This document shows, piece by piece, positions 44,624 through 54,972 of a stretch of 64,000 nt of DNA. Numbering within the stretch: position 1 is the first letter of the stretch; the number at the start of each line of letters is the position of its first letter. A program made the position numbers and the translations under genes. The notes beneath the pieces were generated by a model that was given only the letters and a program-made list of their open reading frames with translations, did no database searches and was not told the origin of the DNA. Location of the stretch: assembly GCA_046348685.1 (NCBI GenBank), contig JAXMDT010000003.1:131749-195748 (forward strand), in the 5' to 3' direction. This DNA comes from Rickettsiales bacterium. GTDB taxonomy: Bacteria > Pseudomonadota > Alphaproteobacteria > Rickettsiales > UBA998.

Positions 44624-45855
44624 CAGGCAGCTTTCGATTCCGGTTGCAGCATACGCGGTAAGTCACCCTGCATTCCCATCGCGGTTTGCATGAACATTTG
44701 CTTAAGCGGAGAAAAACGCTGGAATGTGCTTAGACCGAGGCGGCGTACAAGCCGTGTCAAAGGGCGATTCGTCGAGAACAAGCGGTTCAGCCCATCCGTC
44801 ACTGCTGCCATGCTCCACGCATCAAACTTCCTCCATTGCTGATAATGCTCCAAGGCTGTCAGGCTGCCGAGGTCCAGCCCGAGTTTTTTCTGATTAGCAA
44901 TAATATCAGTCATGACCGCAACATCGCGATAGCCTAGATTGACGCCCTGGCCGGCAATAGGATGAATGCCATGCGCAGAGTCGCCAATTAAAGCGGCGCG
45001 TTCAACGTAATACTTATCTGCTTGAATGAGGGCGAGGGGATAAGCGTGCCTTTTACCCTGTATAATGCATGAACCAAGATAACCTTTTAAACGCGCCTCT
45101 AACTCTTCGATAAACGCTTCCTCAGGCAGTTGCATGATATGTTTTGCCATTGCATGCGGTTCTGTCCAGACAACCGCAGTGCGGTCTTCAGTCATTGGCA
45201 GCAAGGCAAGGGGGCCTGCAGGTAGGAATTGCTCAACGGCAATGCCGTGATGCGGTTGGCTATGCTTGACAGTCGCAACTATGGCGGTTTGTCCATATTC
45301 CGTGATGCGATGCCCTACAGCAAGCATCTCTCGCGTTTGTGAGAATTTTCCATCCGCGGCCAACAACAGGGAAGAGCGAATCGTGCGGCCATCTTTTAGC
45401 GTACTGATCCGATGGTTATCCGCCGCCGTTGTTGATTCAAGTTCCGTCTGCGGCAGATACGTAATATTTGAATTATTCATAACCGCGCGTAATAAAGTCT
45501 GACGCAGAAAAACATTAGGAAGCATATAGCCGAACGGTTCGCTGCCGACCTCTGTATGCGAAAAGTGTACAAGTGCGGGCGAATCCTCATCCACCACGCG
45601 GATATCATTCATGGGGCCAGCATGCGGGAGCAATGTTTCCCATATTCCAATATGTTTCATTACCTGCACGGATGCATGTGAAATAGCGCTGACGCGGCCA
45701 TCATATTCCAGGGCAAGCACGTTTTCCGGCGTATCACGTTCGACGATTACCGAGCGTATGCCCTCTTTAGACAAAGCGAGCGCTTGCGCCGCTCCAACCA
45801 GTCCCGCGCCGATAATCAGAATGTCCGCCTCAATGTCTCTCATGGCGGGAATCAT
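44623..45855 (-). CDS. UbiH/UbiF/VisC/COQ6-family FAD-dependent ubiquinone-biosynthesis hydroxylase
   Basis: 'DILIIGAGLVGAAQALAL' (GxGxxG), 'LLLAADG', 'ALIGDSAHGIHPIAGQGVNLGYRD'. Confidence 0.8.
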   Translation of the reverse strand: MIPAMRDIEADILIIGAGLVGAAQALALSKEGIRSVIVERDTPENVLALEYDGRVSAISHASVQVMKHIGIWETLLPHAGPMNDIRVVDEDSPALVHFSHTEVGSEPFGYMLPNVFLRQTLLRAVMNNSNITYLPQTELESTTAADNHRISTLKDGRTIRSSLLLAADGKFSQTREMLAVGHRITEYGQTAIVATVKHSQPHHGIAVEQFLPAGPLALLPMTEDRTAVVWTEPHAMAKHIMQLPEEAFIEELEARLKGYLGSCIIQGKRHAYPLALIQADKYYVERAALIGDSAHGIHPIAGQGVNLGYRDVAVMTDIIANQKKLGLDLGSLTALEHYQQWRKFDAWSMAAVTDGLNRLFSTNRPLTRLVRRLGLSTFQRFSPLKQMFMQTAMGMQGDLPRMLQPESKAA

Positions 45856-45878
45856 AGTCTCTTTCTAGGTATTGTAAA

Positions 45879-46145
45879 TTATTCTCCCGGCGCCCTGGCA
45901 TCGACCTGCAGGGCGTGAATGCCGCCGGAAAGCTCATGTTTTAATGCATCATAGACCATTCGGTGGCGCTCCACGCGGCGTTTGCCCTGAAACGTATCCG
46001 CCACAATCTTCACCTGGAAATGGCTTTCGCCGCTGCCGTCGTGTCCTGCATGGCCGAGATGCTTTGCCGAATCATTGATAACGGTCAGCGAGAGCGGGGA
46101 AAATGCTGCCGTCAACTTGTTTTTTAAACGTTCTTCCATGGTCAT
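45879..46145 (-). CDS. bolA: BolA-family protein
   Basis: 'LTVINDSAKHLGHAGHDGSGESHFQVKIVADTFQGKRRVERHRMVYDAL...IHALQV'. Start moved to ATG 46143-46145 (88 aa). The listed 46460 extension overlaps the divergent gene. Confidence 0.8.
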   Translation of the reverse strand: MTMEERLKNKLTAAFSPLSLTVINDSAKHLGHAGHDGSGESHFQVKIVADTFQGKRRVERHRMVYDALKHELSGGIHALQVDARAPGE

Positions 46146-46184
46146 AGTCTTGAAAACCGAAGCAAAATTGACGATAATGCTTGT

Positions 46185-46724
46185 ATGCCAAGACGAAAGG
46201 AAAAGCCAGTAGAAGAACCGTTCCGTGCCTGCGATTCCGAGGGTTGCGCGGCACACGCAGGCTACCGGGCGCCAAAATCGAAAGAAGACAATCACGGCTT
46301 TTTCTGGTTTTGCCTGGACCATGTGCGGGAATACAATCAAAAATGGGACTATTTCGCCGGTATGGGTCCGGATGAGATTGAAGCATTTCGCCGCGATGCC
46401 GTTATAGGCCACCGACCGACCTGGTACATGAGCAGCAATGGCAGCCGCACCCCGGCGCATCTAGGCAGTGCATTACGACGATTCTTCTTTTTTGAAGAGC
46501 AGGACTACATTGCGCCGCCGATTCCTTCCGGGCTTCGCAAAGCGCTCTCTATCCTTGACCTGGAGCACCCTACCTCTAAAAAAACAATCAAATCGACCTA
46601 TAAAAAGCTAGTTAAGCGCTATCATCCTGATGTGAACCAAGGGGATAATACGGCCGCGGAGCGTTTTAAAAGCATCAACGAAGCGTATCACCAGCTGATG
46701 GAATCCTATCCGGAAGTTGCCTGA
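46185..46724 (+). CDS. J-domain protein (DnaJ-like, C-terminal J domain, Cys/His-containing N-terminal region)
   Basis: 'ALSILDLEHPTSKKTIKSTYKKLVKRYHPDVNQGDNTAAERFKSINEAYHQL' carries the HPD motif. The N-terminus has 'CDSEGCAAHAGYRAP...FWFCLDHVREYN'. Confidence 0.75.
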   Translation: MPRRKEKPVEEPFRACDSEGCAAHAGYRAPKSKEDNHGFFWFCLDHVREYNQKWDYFAGMGPDEIEAFRRDAVIGHRPTWYMSSNGSRTPAHLGSALRRFFFFEEQDYIAPPIPSGLRKALSILDLEHPTSKKTIKSTYKKLVKRYHPDVNQGDNTAAERFKSINEAYHQLMESYPEVA

Positions 46725-46776
46725 TTTTTGTAAGTAAATGCTTTGCTTTCCGGGCAATCTAGGCTATGCGAAAAGC

Positions 46777-47772
46777 ATGGTTACCGCTAAACCCAAAATC
46801 GCTGAAAAAGCACCGCTGCCCGTTATCGAAGGCGCGGCGTGGATGGCGGCGCGCGATGTTTTTGATATAGATAGCGACGTGAAAGTTCCGGTCCTATCCG
46901 AGCAGAGCGAGTATGTGCCTGCTAAAGATAGCTCTTACCAGTTTGATAAGGAAACGACGCTCGCCATACTTGCCGGATTTACTCATCGTAAGAATGTTCT
47001 GGTACAAGGCTATCATGGCACCGGTAAATCGAGTCACGTTGAGCAGGTGGCGGCGCGCCTGAATTGGCCGCTGATTCGCATCAACCTTGATGGGCATGTC
47101 AGCCGTGTGGATCTGATTGGCCGTGACATGATCGTTCTCAAAGACGGCAAGCAGATAACCGAATTCGTCGAGGGAATGATTCCATGGGCGATTCAACGCC
47201 GTATGGCTCTCGTTTTCGATGAATACGATGCGGCGCGTCCGGATGTCATGTTCGTGCTGCAGCGCGTGCTCGAAACCGAAGGTAAGTTGACGTTGCTCGA
47301 TCAGAATCGCGTGCTGCATGCCCACCCGGGATTCCGCTTGTTTGCGACCGCAAACACTGTTGGGCTTGGCGATGCAAGCGGTCTGTATCATGGTACAAAC
47401 CCTATCAACCAGGGGCAGATGGACCGCTGGCACATCGTGGCGACGCTAAACTATCTGCCGGAAGAGGTCGAACAGAATATTGTTCTTGCTAAAGTTCCTG
47501 CAATGGATACTTCCAAAGGCAAAGAGGAAATCCGAAGCATGGTAAAAATGGCGGGGCTTACACGCATTGCTTTTGCCAACGGTGATATTTCAACCGTCAT
47601 GTCGCCGCGCACAGTGATCCACTGGGCAGAAAATATGGCTATTTTTGGAGATCGGGAATTAGCGTTCCGCTATGCATTCATGAACAAATGCGATGAATCA
47701 GAGCGCCCGGTTATCGCAGAATTCTACCAACGCGTATTCGATGTGCAATTGCCTGAAATGATTTCCCTCTAG
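46777..47772 (+). CDS. cobS: CobS-type AAA+ (MoxR-like) ATPase
   Basis: '[15 protein letters not shown]', Walker A '[13 protein letters not shown]', '[19 protein letters not shown]', Walker B 'ALVFDEYD'. Starting at ATG 46777 gives 331 aa. Confidence 0.85.
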   Translation: MVTAKPKIAEKAPLPVIEGAAWMAARDVFDIDSDVKVPVLSEQSEYVPAKDSSYQFDKETTLAILAGFTHRKNVLVQGYHGTGKSSHVEQVAARLNWPLIRINLDGHVSRVDLIGRDMIVLKDGKQITEFVEGMIPWAIQRRMALVFDEYDAARPDVMFVLQRVLETEGKLTLLDQNRVLHAHPGFRLFATANTVGLGDASGLYHGTNPINQGQMDRWHIVATLNYLPEEVEQNIVLAKVPAMDTSKGKEEIRSMVKMAGLTRIAFANGDISTVMSPRTVIHWAENMAIFGDRELAFRYAFMNKCDESERPVIAEFYQRVFDVQLPEMISL

Positions 47773-47777
47773 TCCCT

Positions 47778-48401
47778 ATGGACATCGCCTTTCTCAAATC
47801 CGCTTTTATTACGCTGTTCGTCGCGATCGATCCGCCCGGACTCGCAACGATCTTCCTTGGATTGACCGCTTCGATGAGTGCGATCTCGCGCAAGAAGACG
47901 GCGTACCAGGCCGTGATCATCGCATTTTGTATTCTGGCAGCGGCAGCGTTAGGCGGCCAGGCGCTGCTTAATGCGTTGTCGATCAGTATCCCAGCGTTCA
48001 AGATAGCTGGCGGGTTGCTGCTATTTTATATCGCGGCTGAAATGGTGTTCGAGCATCGCACGCCACGTAAGAACGAGGCGGCAGAAACGACCATCGTCGA
48101 AGATGCGCCGCATAATATTGCCGCCTTTCCGCTAGCCATTCCCCTCATGGCTGGCCCCGGCGCGATTACGGCGACGATCCTGCTCGCCAGCAATACCCAC
48201 GGCAATATCGTTGATCTGATTGCCCTGATCGTTATTATCGGAGTGATTATAGGCTCCTGCCTACTGACCTTTTTAATGGCCGAGCCTATCAACCGCTTAC
48301 TCGGAGTGACCGGAAGAGTGGTACTTTCCAGGCTCTTAGGAGTCTTACTGGCGGCTATGGCTGTTCAGATCGTAGGGGATGGGGTTCTAGCGTTTAGTTA
48401 G
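47778..48401 (+). CDS. MarC-family (UPF0056) integral membrane protein
   Basis: 207 aa with about 6 TM helices. 'FITLFVAIDPPGLATIFLGLT' and 'AAFPLAIPLMAGPGAITATILL' are typical of MarC/NAAT. Confidence 0.8.
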   Translation: MDIAFLKSAFITLFVAIDPPGLATIFLGLTASMSAISRKKTAYQAVIIAFCILAAAALGGQALLNALSISIPAFKIAGGLLLFYIAAEMVFEHRTPRKNEAAETTIVEDAPHNIAAFPLAIPLMAGPGAITATILLASNTHGNIVDLIALIVIIGVIIGSCLLTFLMAEPINRLLGVTGRVVLSRLLGVLLAAMAVQIVGDGVLAFS

Positions 48402-48477
48402 TAAAGACGCTGATTTTTAATATAATTGTAATACAAAGTTATATCAGGCTTGATACATTGTTTTAGGGAGAAAAACG

Positions 48478-48852
48478 ATGACAACATTATATTATAAAAA
48501 CACTGGCGGCGGCTTGGTAAACGGTATTGAGCACGATGCAGCTACCAGCACAGGCAAGGTTTTACTCACAATGGCAGCCAATCCTACCGAAGTTGCAGAG
48601 AAATTAAGCGATCGTGGTATTAAATGCAGAGCAAATGCTGGTATTTATCAAAATGGAAGCGCTCACCTGCATGTTGATGTAGAAGACACATCATTATTGG
48701 ATTTGCAAGATGCAATCGTAATGTCTGGATTAACCGCGAATACTAAAGGTGATTTGTGGACGCCAGGCGTTGAAGTGAATCATGCTGCGCCTGATAGTTG
48801 GGCAGCAGATATAAAAGCCGGGCAACCTAAAGGTTGGGGTATAAGTACTTAA
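48478..48852 (+). CDS. Hypothetical protein
   Basis: 124-aa ORF preceded by GGGAGAAAAACG, with an AT-rich upstream region. No recognised family. Confidence 0.4.
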   Translation: MTTLYYKNTGGGLVNGIEHDAATSTGKVLLTMAANPTEVAEKLSDRGIKCRANAGIYQNGSAHLHVDVEDTSLLDLQDAIVMSGLTANTKGDLWTPGVEVNHAAPDSWAADIKAGQPKGWGIST

Positions 48853-48860
48853 TTTAAGCT

Positions 48861-49643
48861 TTACTGTGCGCTCCAGCCTGCGTCGATGACCATCGGCGTA
48901 CCGGTAATGCAGCGGGCGGAATCCGAGCAGAGATAAAGGACCATCGCGGCGATGTCCTCGACCCTGACAAACTCTTTCACCGCATGAGTCTTTAGCAGCA
49001 CTTTATCGACGACGTCCTTTTCCGACATATTATGCGCTTTGGCCTGCTCGGGGATTTGCTTGCGCACGAGCGGCGTATCCACATAGCCGGGACAGATCGC
49101 ATTTGCAGTAATGCCATACGGTGCGAGATCAAGTGCGGCGACTTTCGTCAGTCCAACAACGCCGTGTTTTGCGGCAACATACGCCGCTTTGAATTCGGAA
49201 GCGACTAAGCCGTGAATCGAGGCGATGTTGATAATGCGGCCCCAGCCTTTTTTCTTCATGCCGGGCGCTGCGGCTTTAATGCCATGAAATGCTGCAGATA
49301 GATTGATAGCGATGATCGCATCCCATTTCGCGTCGTCGAATTCATCAATCGGCTGTACATTCTGGATGCCAGCATTGCTGACCATAATATCAACGGAGCC
49401 AAACGCCGCTTCCGCATCTTTCACCATCTTTTGAATTTCGGCAGGCTTGCTCATATCGGCAGGAGAGTAGAGTGCTTTGACGCCTAACTTTTCCAAACCC
49501 GCGCGTTCCTTTTCGATGGCGGCAGCGTCACCGAAACCATTGATCATGATATGGACGCCATCTTTGGCGAGTGCCTGAGCAATGCCAAGGCCGATGCCGC
49601 TGGTGGAACCGGTAACGATGGCGGATTTACCTTTAAGTGACAT
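48861..49643 (-). CDS. bdhA: 3-hydroxybutyrate dehydrogenase (short-chain dehydrogenase/reductase)
   Basis: 'LKGKSAIVTGSTSGIGLGIAQALA' (TGxxxGxG), 'SNAGIQ', 'YVAAKHGVVGLTK' (YxxxK). Overall resemblance to BdhA. Confidence 0.8.
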   Translation of the reverse strand: MSLKGKSAIVTGSTSGIGLGIAQALAKDGVHIMINGFGDAAAIEKERAGLEKLGVKALYSPADMSKPAEIQKMVKDAEAAFGSVDIMVSNAGIQNVQPIDEFDDAKWDAIIAINLSAAFHGIKAAAPGMKKKGWGRIINIASIHGLVASEFKAAYVAAKHGVVGLTKVAALDLAPYGITANAICPGYVDTPLVRKQIPEQAKAHNMSEKDVVDKVLLKTHAVKEFVRVEDIAAMVLYLCSDSARCITGTPMVIDAGWSAQ

Positions 49644-49675
49644 GAGTGCCTCCGAAAAAATGATTTGTTTGCTAC

Positions 49676-50338
49676 TTAAGCCGCACGGCTTTCCTTTACA
49701 AGGCCATCCTTGAGCGTCAGCACAGGATAATCGAATTCACGGATCAATTCTTCATCGTGCGTGGCAAAAATGACTGTAGTGCCTAAGTCGTTGAGCGATT
49801 CAAACAGGTACATGAACCGCTTGCGAAGCGCTGGGTCGAGGTTACCGGTCGGCTCATCGCAGAGGAGAAGTGGAGGATTGTTGATAACTGCCCGGGCAAT
49901 AGCCACCCGCTGCTTTTGGCCGCCCGATAGCAATTTAGGCTTAACATCCTTAAATTCGCTCATTTCGATCCAGCCCAGGAGCTGATCCACTTTCGCGGCG
50001 ATCTCATTTTCATCTATCCCCATGATTTTTTGTGGTAAAGCGATGTTTTCTGCTACAGTTAGATGCTCAAGCAGCTGAAAATCCTGAACAACTGACCCAA
50101 TGCCCCGTCTAAGCTGAGGCAACTCCGAATGATGAAGATCGGTGACCTCTTTACCCAGCATCATCAGCTTGCCCGAGGTGGGGCGTATATTTAAGGATAA
50201 GATATTCAAAAATGTCGATTTTCCAGCTCCGCTGGCACCGGTTAAAAAATAAAATCCGCCTTTGGCGAGCTTCAAAGAAACCCCGTTTAGAACCCGCCTT
50301 CCGGGTGTATATTCCAGTGTTAAATTGTAACAGGTAAT
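49676..50338 (-). CDS. ftsE: Cell-division ABC ATPase FtsE
   Basis: Collinear by eye with E. coli FtsE: Walker A 'GASGAGKST', '[18 protein letters not shown]', signature '[14 protein letters not shown]', Walker B '[12 protein letters not shown]'. Starting at ATG 50338 gives 220 aa. Confidence 0.8.
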   Translation of the reverse strand: MTCYNLTLEYTPGRRVLNGVSLKLAKGGFYFLTGASGAGKSTFLNILSLNIRPTSGKLMMLGKEVTDLHHSELPQLRRGIGSVVQDFQLLEHLTVAENIALPQKIMGIDENEIAAKVDQLLGWIEMSEFKDVKPKLLSGGQKQRVAIARAVINNPPLLLCDEPTGNLDPALRKRFMYLFESLNDLGTTVIFATHDEELIREFDYPVLTLKDGLVKESRAA

Positions 50339-50438
50339 CATACAGAAGGTATGCCGTATGGGAATCAATTAGACAAGTTGAAGCTTGTGGGATATTACTA
50401 AAGGCAACAATAAAACAAAAAGAAGAAAAGGGAGAGCA

Positions 50439-51275
50439 ATGCAACTCGCATGTCCGGATTGCGGTTCACGTTTCCGTGTACCCCAGAACGCGCTTGGCGA
50501 TTCCGGGCGCAAAGTGCGTTGCGCAAAGTGCAAATTCGAATGGTTTGCCGAACCTAACGATTTGATTATCGATCCGATGGATGTTGATGATGCGCACCAT
50601 CTCCATGAGCCACCGGTCGAAGAGGATATCCACGAAGAGGACGAAACTGCCGCCGCTCCGGTCGTTGAACCTGTCATTGAGCAATTTGTTCCGCCGCGGG
50701 AAGATTTGCAAGCTTTGCTTGCAGCGGGTATCGAAGAAAAACCTCAATTTGACTTTGCCAATCGCCCTAAAAAAACTCGCGCTGCCGTGCAGCAGAAACA
50801 GGAAAAGCCGGTTACCGACCTTGGCCGCTATGCTATCTGGGTCTGGATCGCCAACGGCGCGACGTTCACGCTACTCATGTTCATGTGTTTCCTTGCTTTT
50901 CGTGATACCGTCATGGTTTCGATTCCTGCGCTTAAATCCATGTATAACAGTGTTGGTTATGCAGACACGTCCGGTTTGAAATTGACCGACCTTGCGCTCA
51001 CCGAGATGCAGAACGGCAGCAAAATCAAGTACGGTCTTTCCGGAAAAATCGTCAATACATCGGACGTAACTATTTCGCTTCCAGTGCTTTCCATATCTCT
51101 GGTCGACAAAGACGGAGTTTCGGTACGTCAATGGAGTTTCGAACAGCCGGGTCAGCTAAAGCCGGGGCAGGAAATTCCGTTTGTGCGTGACGCGCTGGAA
51201 AGCCGTGCGGGTCCACGTAATAACGCATTGGTTGTGGAAATTGGCAGCCCGACCGAGCTTTCCCTGCGGCAATAA
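50439..51275 (+). CDS. MJ0042-type zinc-ribbon protein with C-terminal DUF3426-like domain
   Basis: 'MQLACPDCGSRFRVPQNALGDSGRKVRCAKCKFEWF' is followed by an acidic linker, one TM helix and a beta-rich C-terminus. ATG 50439 is preceded by AAGGGAGAG. Confidence 0.75.
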   Translation: MQLACPDCGSRFRVPQNALGDSGRKVRCAKCKFEWFAEPNDLIIDPMDVDDAHHLHEPPVEEDIHEEDETAAAPVVEPVIEQFVPPREDLQALLAAGIEEKPQFDFANRPKKTRAAVQQKQEKPVTDLGRYAIWVWIANGATFTLLMFMCFLAFRDTVMVSIPALKSMYNSVGYADTSGLKLTDLALTEMQNGSKIKYGLSGKIVNTSDVTISLPVLSISLVDKDGVSVRQWSFEQPGQLKPGQEIPFVRDALESRAGPRNNALVVEIGSPTELSLRQ

Positions 51276-51832
51276 TGCATAGCATGCAGAAACCTGCAGA
51301 TTATCAGGATCCAAAAACAGTTGAAGTGATGTTCAGCGCGCAGCAGATTGCCGAGCGTATCGATTCCCTCGCAAACGAAATTGTCTCCACAATAGGCAAG
51401 GATTTCATCATCGTTGGCCTACTGCGCGGCAGCTTTGTCTTTACGGCGGATTTAATTCGAGCGTTGCATAAGCATGGCGCTGAACCGCAAATCGATTTCA
51501 TGACGCTCTCCAGTTATGGCATACGCAAGGAAGGCGGAAATCTCATTACCATCGAGCGCGATATTGCCGATGATGTGATGGACCGCACCGTACTCATCGT
51601 TGATGATATTCTGGAGTCCGGCCGTACGCTTGATTATGCGCGTACTATTATGCTGAAACGCGGTGCCAAGATTCTGAAAATTTGCGTGCTGCTCGAAAAG
51701 CCGGGTAAGCGCCGTGCAGAAGTAGAAGCCAACTTCGTCGGATTTATGGTGCCGGACCGATTTGTCGTCGGGTTCGGTCTCGATTATGCCAACTTTTATC
51801 GCGAGCTGCCTTTTATCGGAGCGCTGGACTAG
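51275..51832 (+). CDS. hpt: Hypoxanthine phosphoribosyltransferase
   Basis: 'IVGLLRGSFVFTADLIRAL', PRPP motif 'VLIVDDILESGRTL', 'VGFGLDYANFYRELPFI'. Confidence 0.85.
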   Translation: MHSMQKPADYQDPKTVEVMFSAQQIAERIDSLANEIVSTIGKDFIIVGLLRGSFVFTADLIRALHKHGAEPQIDFMTLSSYGIRKEGGNLITIERDIADDVMDRTVLIVDDILESGRTLDYARTIMLKRGAKILKICVLLEKPGKRRAEVEANFVGFMVPDRFVVGFGLDYANFYRELPFIGALD

Positions 51833-51875
51833 CGCACTATTGCCTTCTTGCGAAAATCGCCCTACGTTCCTGTCG

Positions 51876-52271
51876 ATGTTCACCAAGACAACTAATTTCA
51901 TCAAAGTCACCGCGATTCCGAATTTTTTAGAAAATCAGTCGGAGCCTGATGATGGCCATTATGTCTGGGCTTACACCATACATCTGGAAAATCTGGGTGA
52001 GGATACGGTGCAGCTTATTAATCGCACCTGGTATATTACAGATGCGCACGGGCAAGTGCAGCGTGTGCACGGCCCTGGCGTCGTTGGCGAGCAGCCAATC
52101 ATTCGTCCGGGTGACATGTTCGAATATACCAGCGGCACAGTCCTGCAAACGCCTTCAGGTATCATGGTTGGCACCTACGAAATGGAGGATATCATCAGCC
52201 GCGAACGCTTTGATATTGATATTCCGGCCTTTTCCTTGGATAGCCCGATGCAGGTGATGCGTGCCAACTAG
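51876..52271 (+). CDS. apaG: ApaG (DUF525) protein
   Basis: 'YVWAYTIHLENLGEDTVQLINRTWYITDAHGQVQRVHGPGVVGEQPIIRPGDMFEYTSG'. Start moved to ATG 51876. Confidence 0.9.
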   Translation: MFTKTTNFIKVTAIPNFLENQSEPDDGHYVWAYTIHLENLGEDTVQLINRTWYITDAHGQVQRVHGPGVVGEQPIIRPGDMFEYTSGTVLQTPSGIMVGTYEMEDIISRERFDIDIPAFSLDSPMQVMRAN

Positions 52272-52334
52272 ATCCTTATGATATTGTCATAAATCTGTAA
52301 ACTTAGTATAGTAGTCTGTATTATAGAGAAAAAT

Positions 52335-52787
52335 ATGTCTGATGACTTATTGAATGTAGGTGGCCCCAACTCCGCGGCAATGTTTGCTTCAGGGCAAATT
52401 GGCGGCGGTGGAGGAGGCGCGCCCGGCGGCCAGGGTGTCATGAACCTGCCGGCTCAGGCTATTGCATGTCTTTTGCGGGTCAATTTAGGAACCGCTCCTA
52501 ATGGTATTTTGCCGGATAGCCCTGGTCTATTAGGTTCGCAAATTCCAGGTATATTACCACGTTATCAAGGTGCATTCGCCTCAATTGCAAATCAGCTGAA
52601 AGCATGCGTAGTGGCAAAAGACCAATTGTTTCAGGATAATGCACCAATTATGCAGGCAGCAATTGAACATGCGCCTATTCAGGAAGCATCTTTGGGCAGC
52701 CTTTCGCCTGGTTCGGCTGGCGGGCCGAGCAGCTTTGCTGAATTAGTGGGCGGGCCATCCAATGATGGCGGCTTCGGCGTTGCATAA
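52335..52787 (+). CDS. Hypothetical Gly-rich protein
   Basis: 150-aa ORF containing 'GQIGGGGGGAPGGQG'. The upstream region is AT-rich and GAGAAAAATATG may serve as an RBS. No recognised family. Confidence 0.4.
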   Translation: MSDDLLNVGGPNSAAMFASGQIGGGGGGAPGGQGVMNLPAQAIACLLRVNLGTAPNGILPDSPGLLGSQIPGILPRYQGAFASIANQLKACVVAKDQLFQDNAPIMQAAIEHAPIQEASLGSLSPGSAGGPSSFAELVGGPSNDGGFGVA

Positions 52788-52792
52788 ATCCC

Positions 52793-52821
52793 TTGACCTT
52801 CCTTTGATTCCCCGTTAGATA
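52793..52821 (+). promoter_or_regulatory. Putative sigma-70-type promoter upstream of rpmB
   Basis: TTGACC (52793-52798), a 17-nt spacer, then TAGATA (52816-52821), about 70 nt upstream of the rpmB ATG. Confidence 0.35.
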
Positions 52822-52892
52822 TCCGCGTTCATTTTGATAAAGAACGCCTTTTTGCGTATGTCAAAGAGGTAAAAAGAGGGACGGAGACGACC

Positions 52893-53174
52893 ATGACACG
52901 TAAATGCGATATTTCAGGTAAAACGGTTCAAAGCGGCAATAAAGTGTCGCACTCGAACCGTAAAACGAAGCGCCGCTTTCTGCCAAATTTGCAGCACGTG
53001 TCGCTGCCAAGCGAAATTCTCGGTCATGATGTGCATATGCGCGTCACCGCAAATGGTATCCGCACCATCGAGCATAATGGCGGCATCGATAACTATCTAC
53101 TGGGCACGCCTAATTCCCGCCTGAGTGAAGAATCGCTGAAGATCAAGCGCAAGCTGAAAAAGAAACAAGCGTAG
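52893..53174 (+). CDS. rpmB: 50S ribosomal protein L28
   Basis: 'MTRKCDISGKTVQSGNKVSHSNRKTKRRFLPNLQ'. Confidence 0.95.
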   Translation: MTRKCDISGKTVQSGNKVSHSNRKTKRRFLPNLQHVSLPSEILGHDVHMRVTANGIRTIEHNGGIDNYLLGTPNSRLSEESLKIKRKLKKKQA

Positions 53175-53175
53175 T

Positions 53176-54972
53176 TTACTTTTCAAATAATTTTACGAGT
53201 TCTTGCGTCATCGTTTCGCCGAGGCGCGAAACATCATTCAGTGTGACGGAATGTTTATAGTAGCGCGTCACATCGTGACCGATGCCGATTGCCAGTAATT
53301 CAATCTCCGGTTTGTTCTCCAGGAATGCAATCGCTTCACGCAGGTGCTTATCGAGATAGCCGGCGGAATTCGCCGATAACGTGGCATCGTCAACGGGCGC
53401 GCCATCTGAAATCACCATTAAAATTTTGCGCTCTTCAGGACGCTTGCGCAGACGCTCGTATGCCCAGAGCAGTGCTTCACCGTCGATATTTTCCTTAAGC
53501 AATCCATCTTTCAGCATCAGCCCGAGATTGCGCCGCGCCCGCACGAAAGGAAGATCTGCCGGCTTGTAAATGATATGGCGCAGATCATTTAGTCGGCCAG
53601 GTTGAGACGGGCGGTTTTCCTTTACCCATTCTTTGTAGCTCTGTCCGCCTTTCCAATCTTTGGTGGTAAAGCCAAGTATTTCGACTTTAACGCCAGCGCG
53701 CTCCAGTGTCTTTGCAAGAATATCGGCGGACAGCGCAGCAATCGTAATAGGCCTTCCTCGCATTGAGCCGGAATTATCAAGCAGCAACGTAACTACCGTA
53801 TCTTTAAAATCGGTATCTTTTTCGCGTTTGAAAATTTGGTTATGCACGGGCGATGCAACGAGGCGTGCAAGGCGTGCGGAATGAATCATCCCGTCTTCCA
53901 GATCGAATTCCCAGGCGCGTTGCTTACGTGCAAGCAAAAGGCGCTGCAATGCGGCTGACAGTTTGGAAAATGTACCGCGCACCTGGGTGAGTTTTTCATC
54001 GAGCTGTGCCCGTAAGCGCACCAATTCATCCGCCGGAACCAATTCATGTGCGAAGATGATCTCATCGAACTCGCGCCGAAACACGCGGTAGGAAGAAGAA
54101 GGAAGCGCAAATTGTGAAGAGGGAGGGTTTGGAATATCGCCGTCCGGATCACGCAGCGTGAAGGCGTCATCACCTTTTTCTTCCGACATCGACGTTGCGC
54201 CTTCGCCGCTTTCCTGCTGCGTTGTGCGCTGTTCGCCGCGCTCGGTGGATACATCATCCGTTTGTTCCGATGTAGATGTGCTATCTACGGTCTGATCGGA
54301 GTTTTCCTCCGTTTCCTGAGGCAGGAACTGCGCGCTGCTATTACTTACGCCCGTTTCCATGCCGCCAAGCGCGGTGATCAATTCGCGCGATAAGGATGCA
54401 AATTCTTTTTGGGATGTGACAGCATGAGCCAGTTTTTCAAGGAAAGCATAAGCATGTTTTTCAATCTGCAGCCGCACGCGGGCGGTATGCCGGTCTAAGG
54501 ATTTTGGCACTGGCTGACCGCTGGCAACCTCGCGTAATACTCCGGCGAGCACTTCTCCCCATGGCGTTTCGGATTGGCCAGAAATGCCATCCTGCTCCAA
54601 CTGGCGGTCAGTGCGTGCGGCAAGATTATGCGCAAGGCCCTTCATACCGCTTTTACTGGCAAGAATTTCCAGACGGGCAACTTCGAGGCGGTCGAATACA
54701 CGCGCTTCCTTGTCGGTCGCAGGGCGTCGATGCAGGTGCTCCATATGGTTATGGTAACGTTTGCCAAACGCCGCTAAATCCAGCTCGCCGCGGTAGCGCA
54801 TCGCGTCATTAGCAGTATCAATAACGTTAGTATTGGGCAGGAAAATCGTATCGCTGGTGCTGATCGTCGATCCGTAATCATTCCCTTTCAAAGATAATGC
54901 AAGCTTGCGGCGATGGGAAAGCGCACGGGCTGTGACGGATAATGTCGTTTCTGGTGAGGGAACCGATTTCAT
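53176..54972 (-). CDS. cobT: CobT-type vWA-domain protein (partner of CobS)
   Basis: 598 aa with an acidic Ser/Thr/Glu-rich central linker. The C-terminal vWA domain has the MIDAS motif '[14 protein letters not shown]'. '[14 protein letters not shown]' is also present. Confidence 0.85.
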   Translation of the reverse strand: MKSVPSPETTLSVTARALSHRRKLALSLKGNDYGSTISTSDTIFLPNTNVIDTANDAMRYRGELDLAAFGKRYHNHMEHLHRRPATDKEARVFDRLEVARLEILASKSGMKGLAHNLAARTDRQLEQDGISGQSETPWGEVLAGVLREVASGQPVPKSLDRHTARVRLQIEKHAYAFLEKLAHAVTSQKEFASLSRELITALGGMETGVSNSSAQFLPQETEENSDQTVDSTSTSEQTDDVSTERGEQRTTQQESGEGATSMSEEKGDDAFTLRDPDGDIPNPPSSQFALPSSSYRVFRREFDEIIFAHELVPADELVRLRAQLDEKLTQVRGTFSKLSAALQRLLLARKQRAWEFDLEDGMIHSARLARLVASPVHNQIFKREKDTDFKDTVVTLLLDNSGSMRGRPITIAALSADILAKTLERAGVKVEILGFTTKDWKGGQSYKEWVKENRPSQPGRLNDLRHIIYKPADLPFVRARRNLGLMLKDGLLKENIDGEALLWAYERLRKRPEERKILMVISDGAPVDDATLSANSAGYLDKHLREAIAFLENKPEIELLAIGIGHDVTRYYKHSVTLNDVSRLGETMTQELVKLFEK

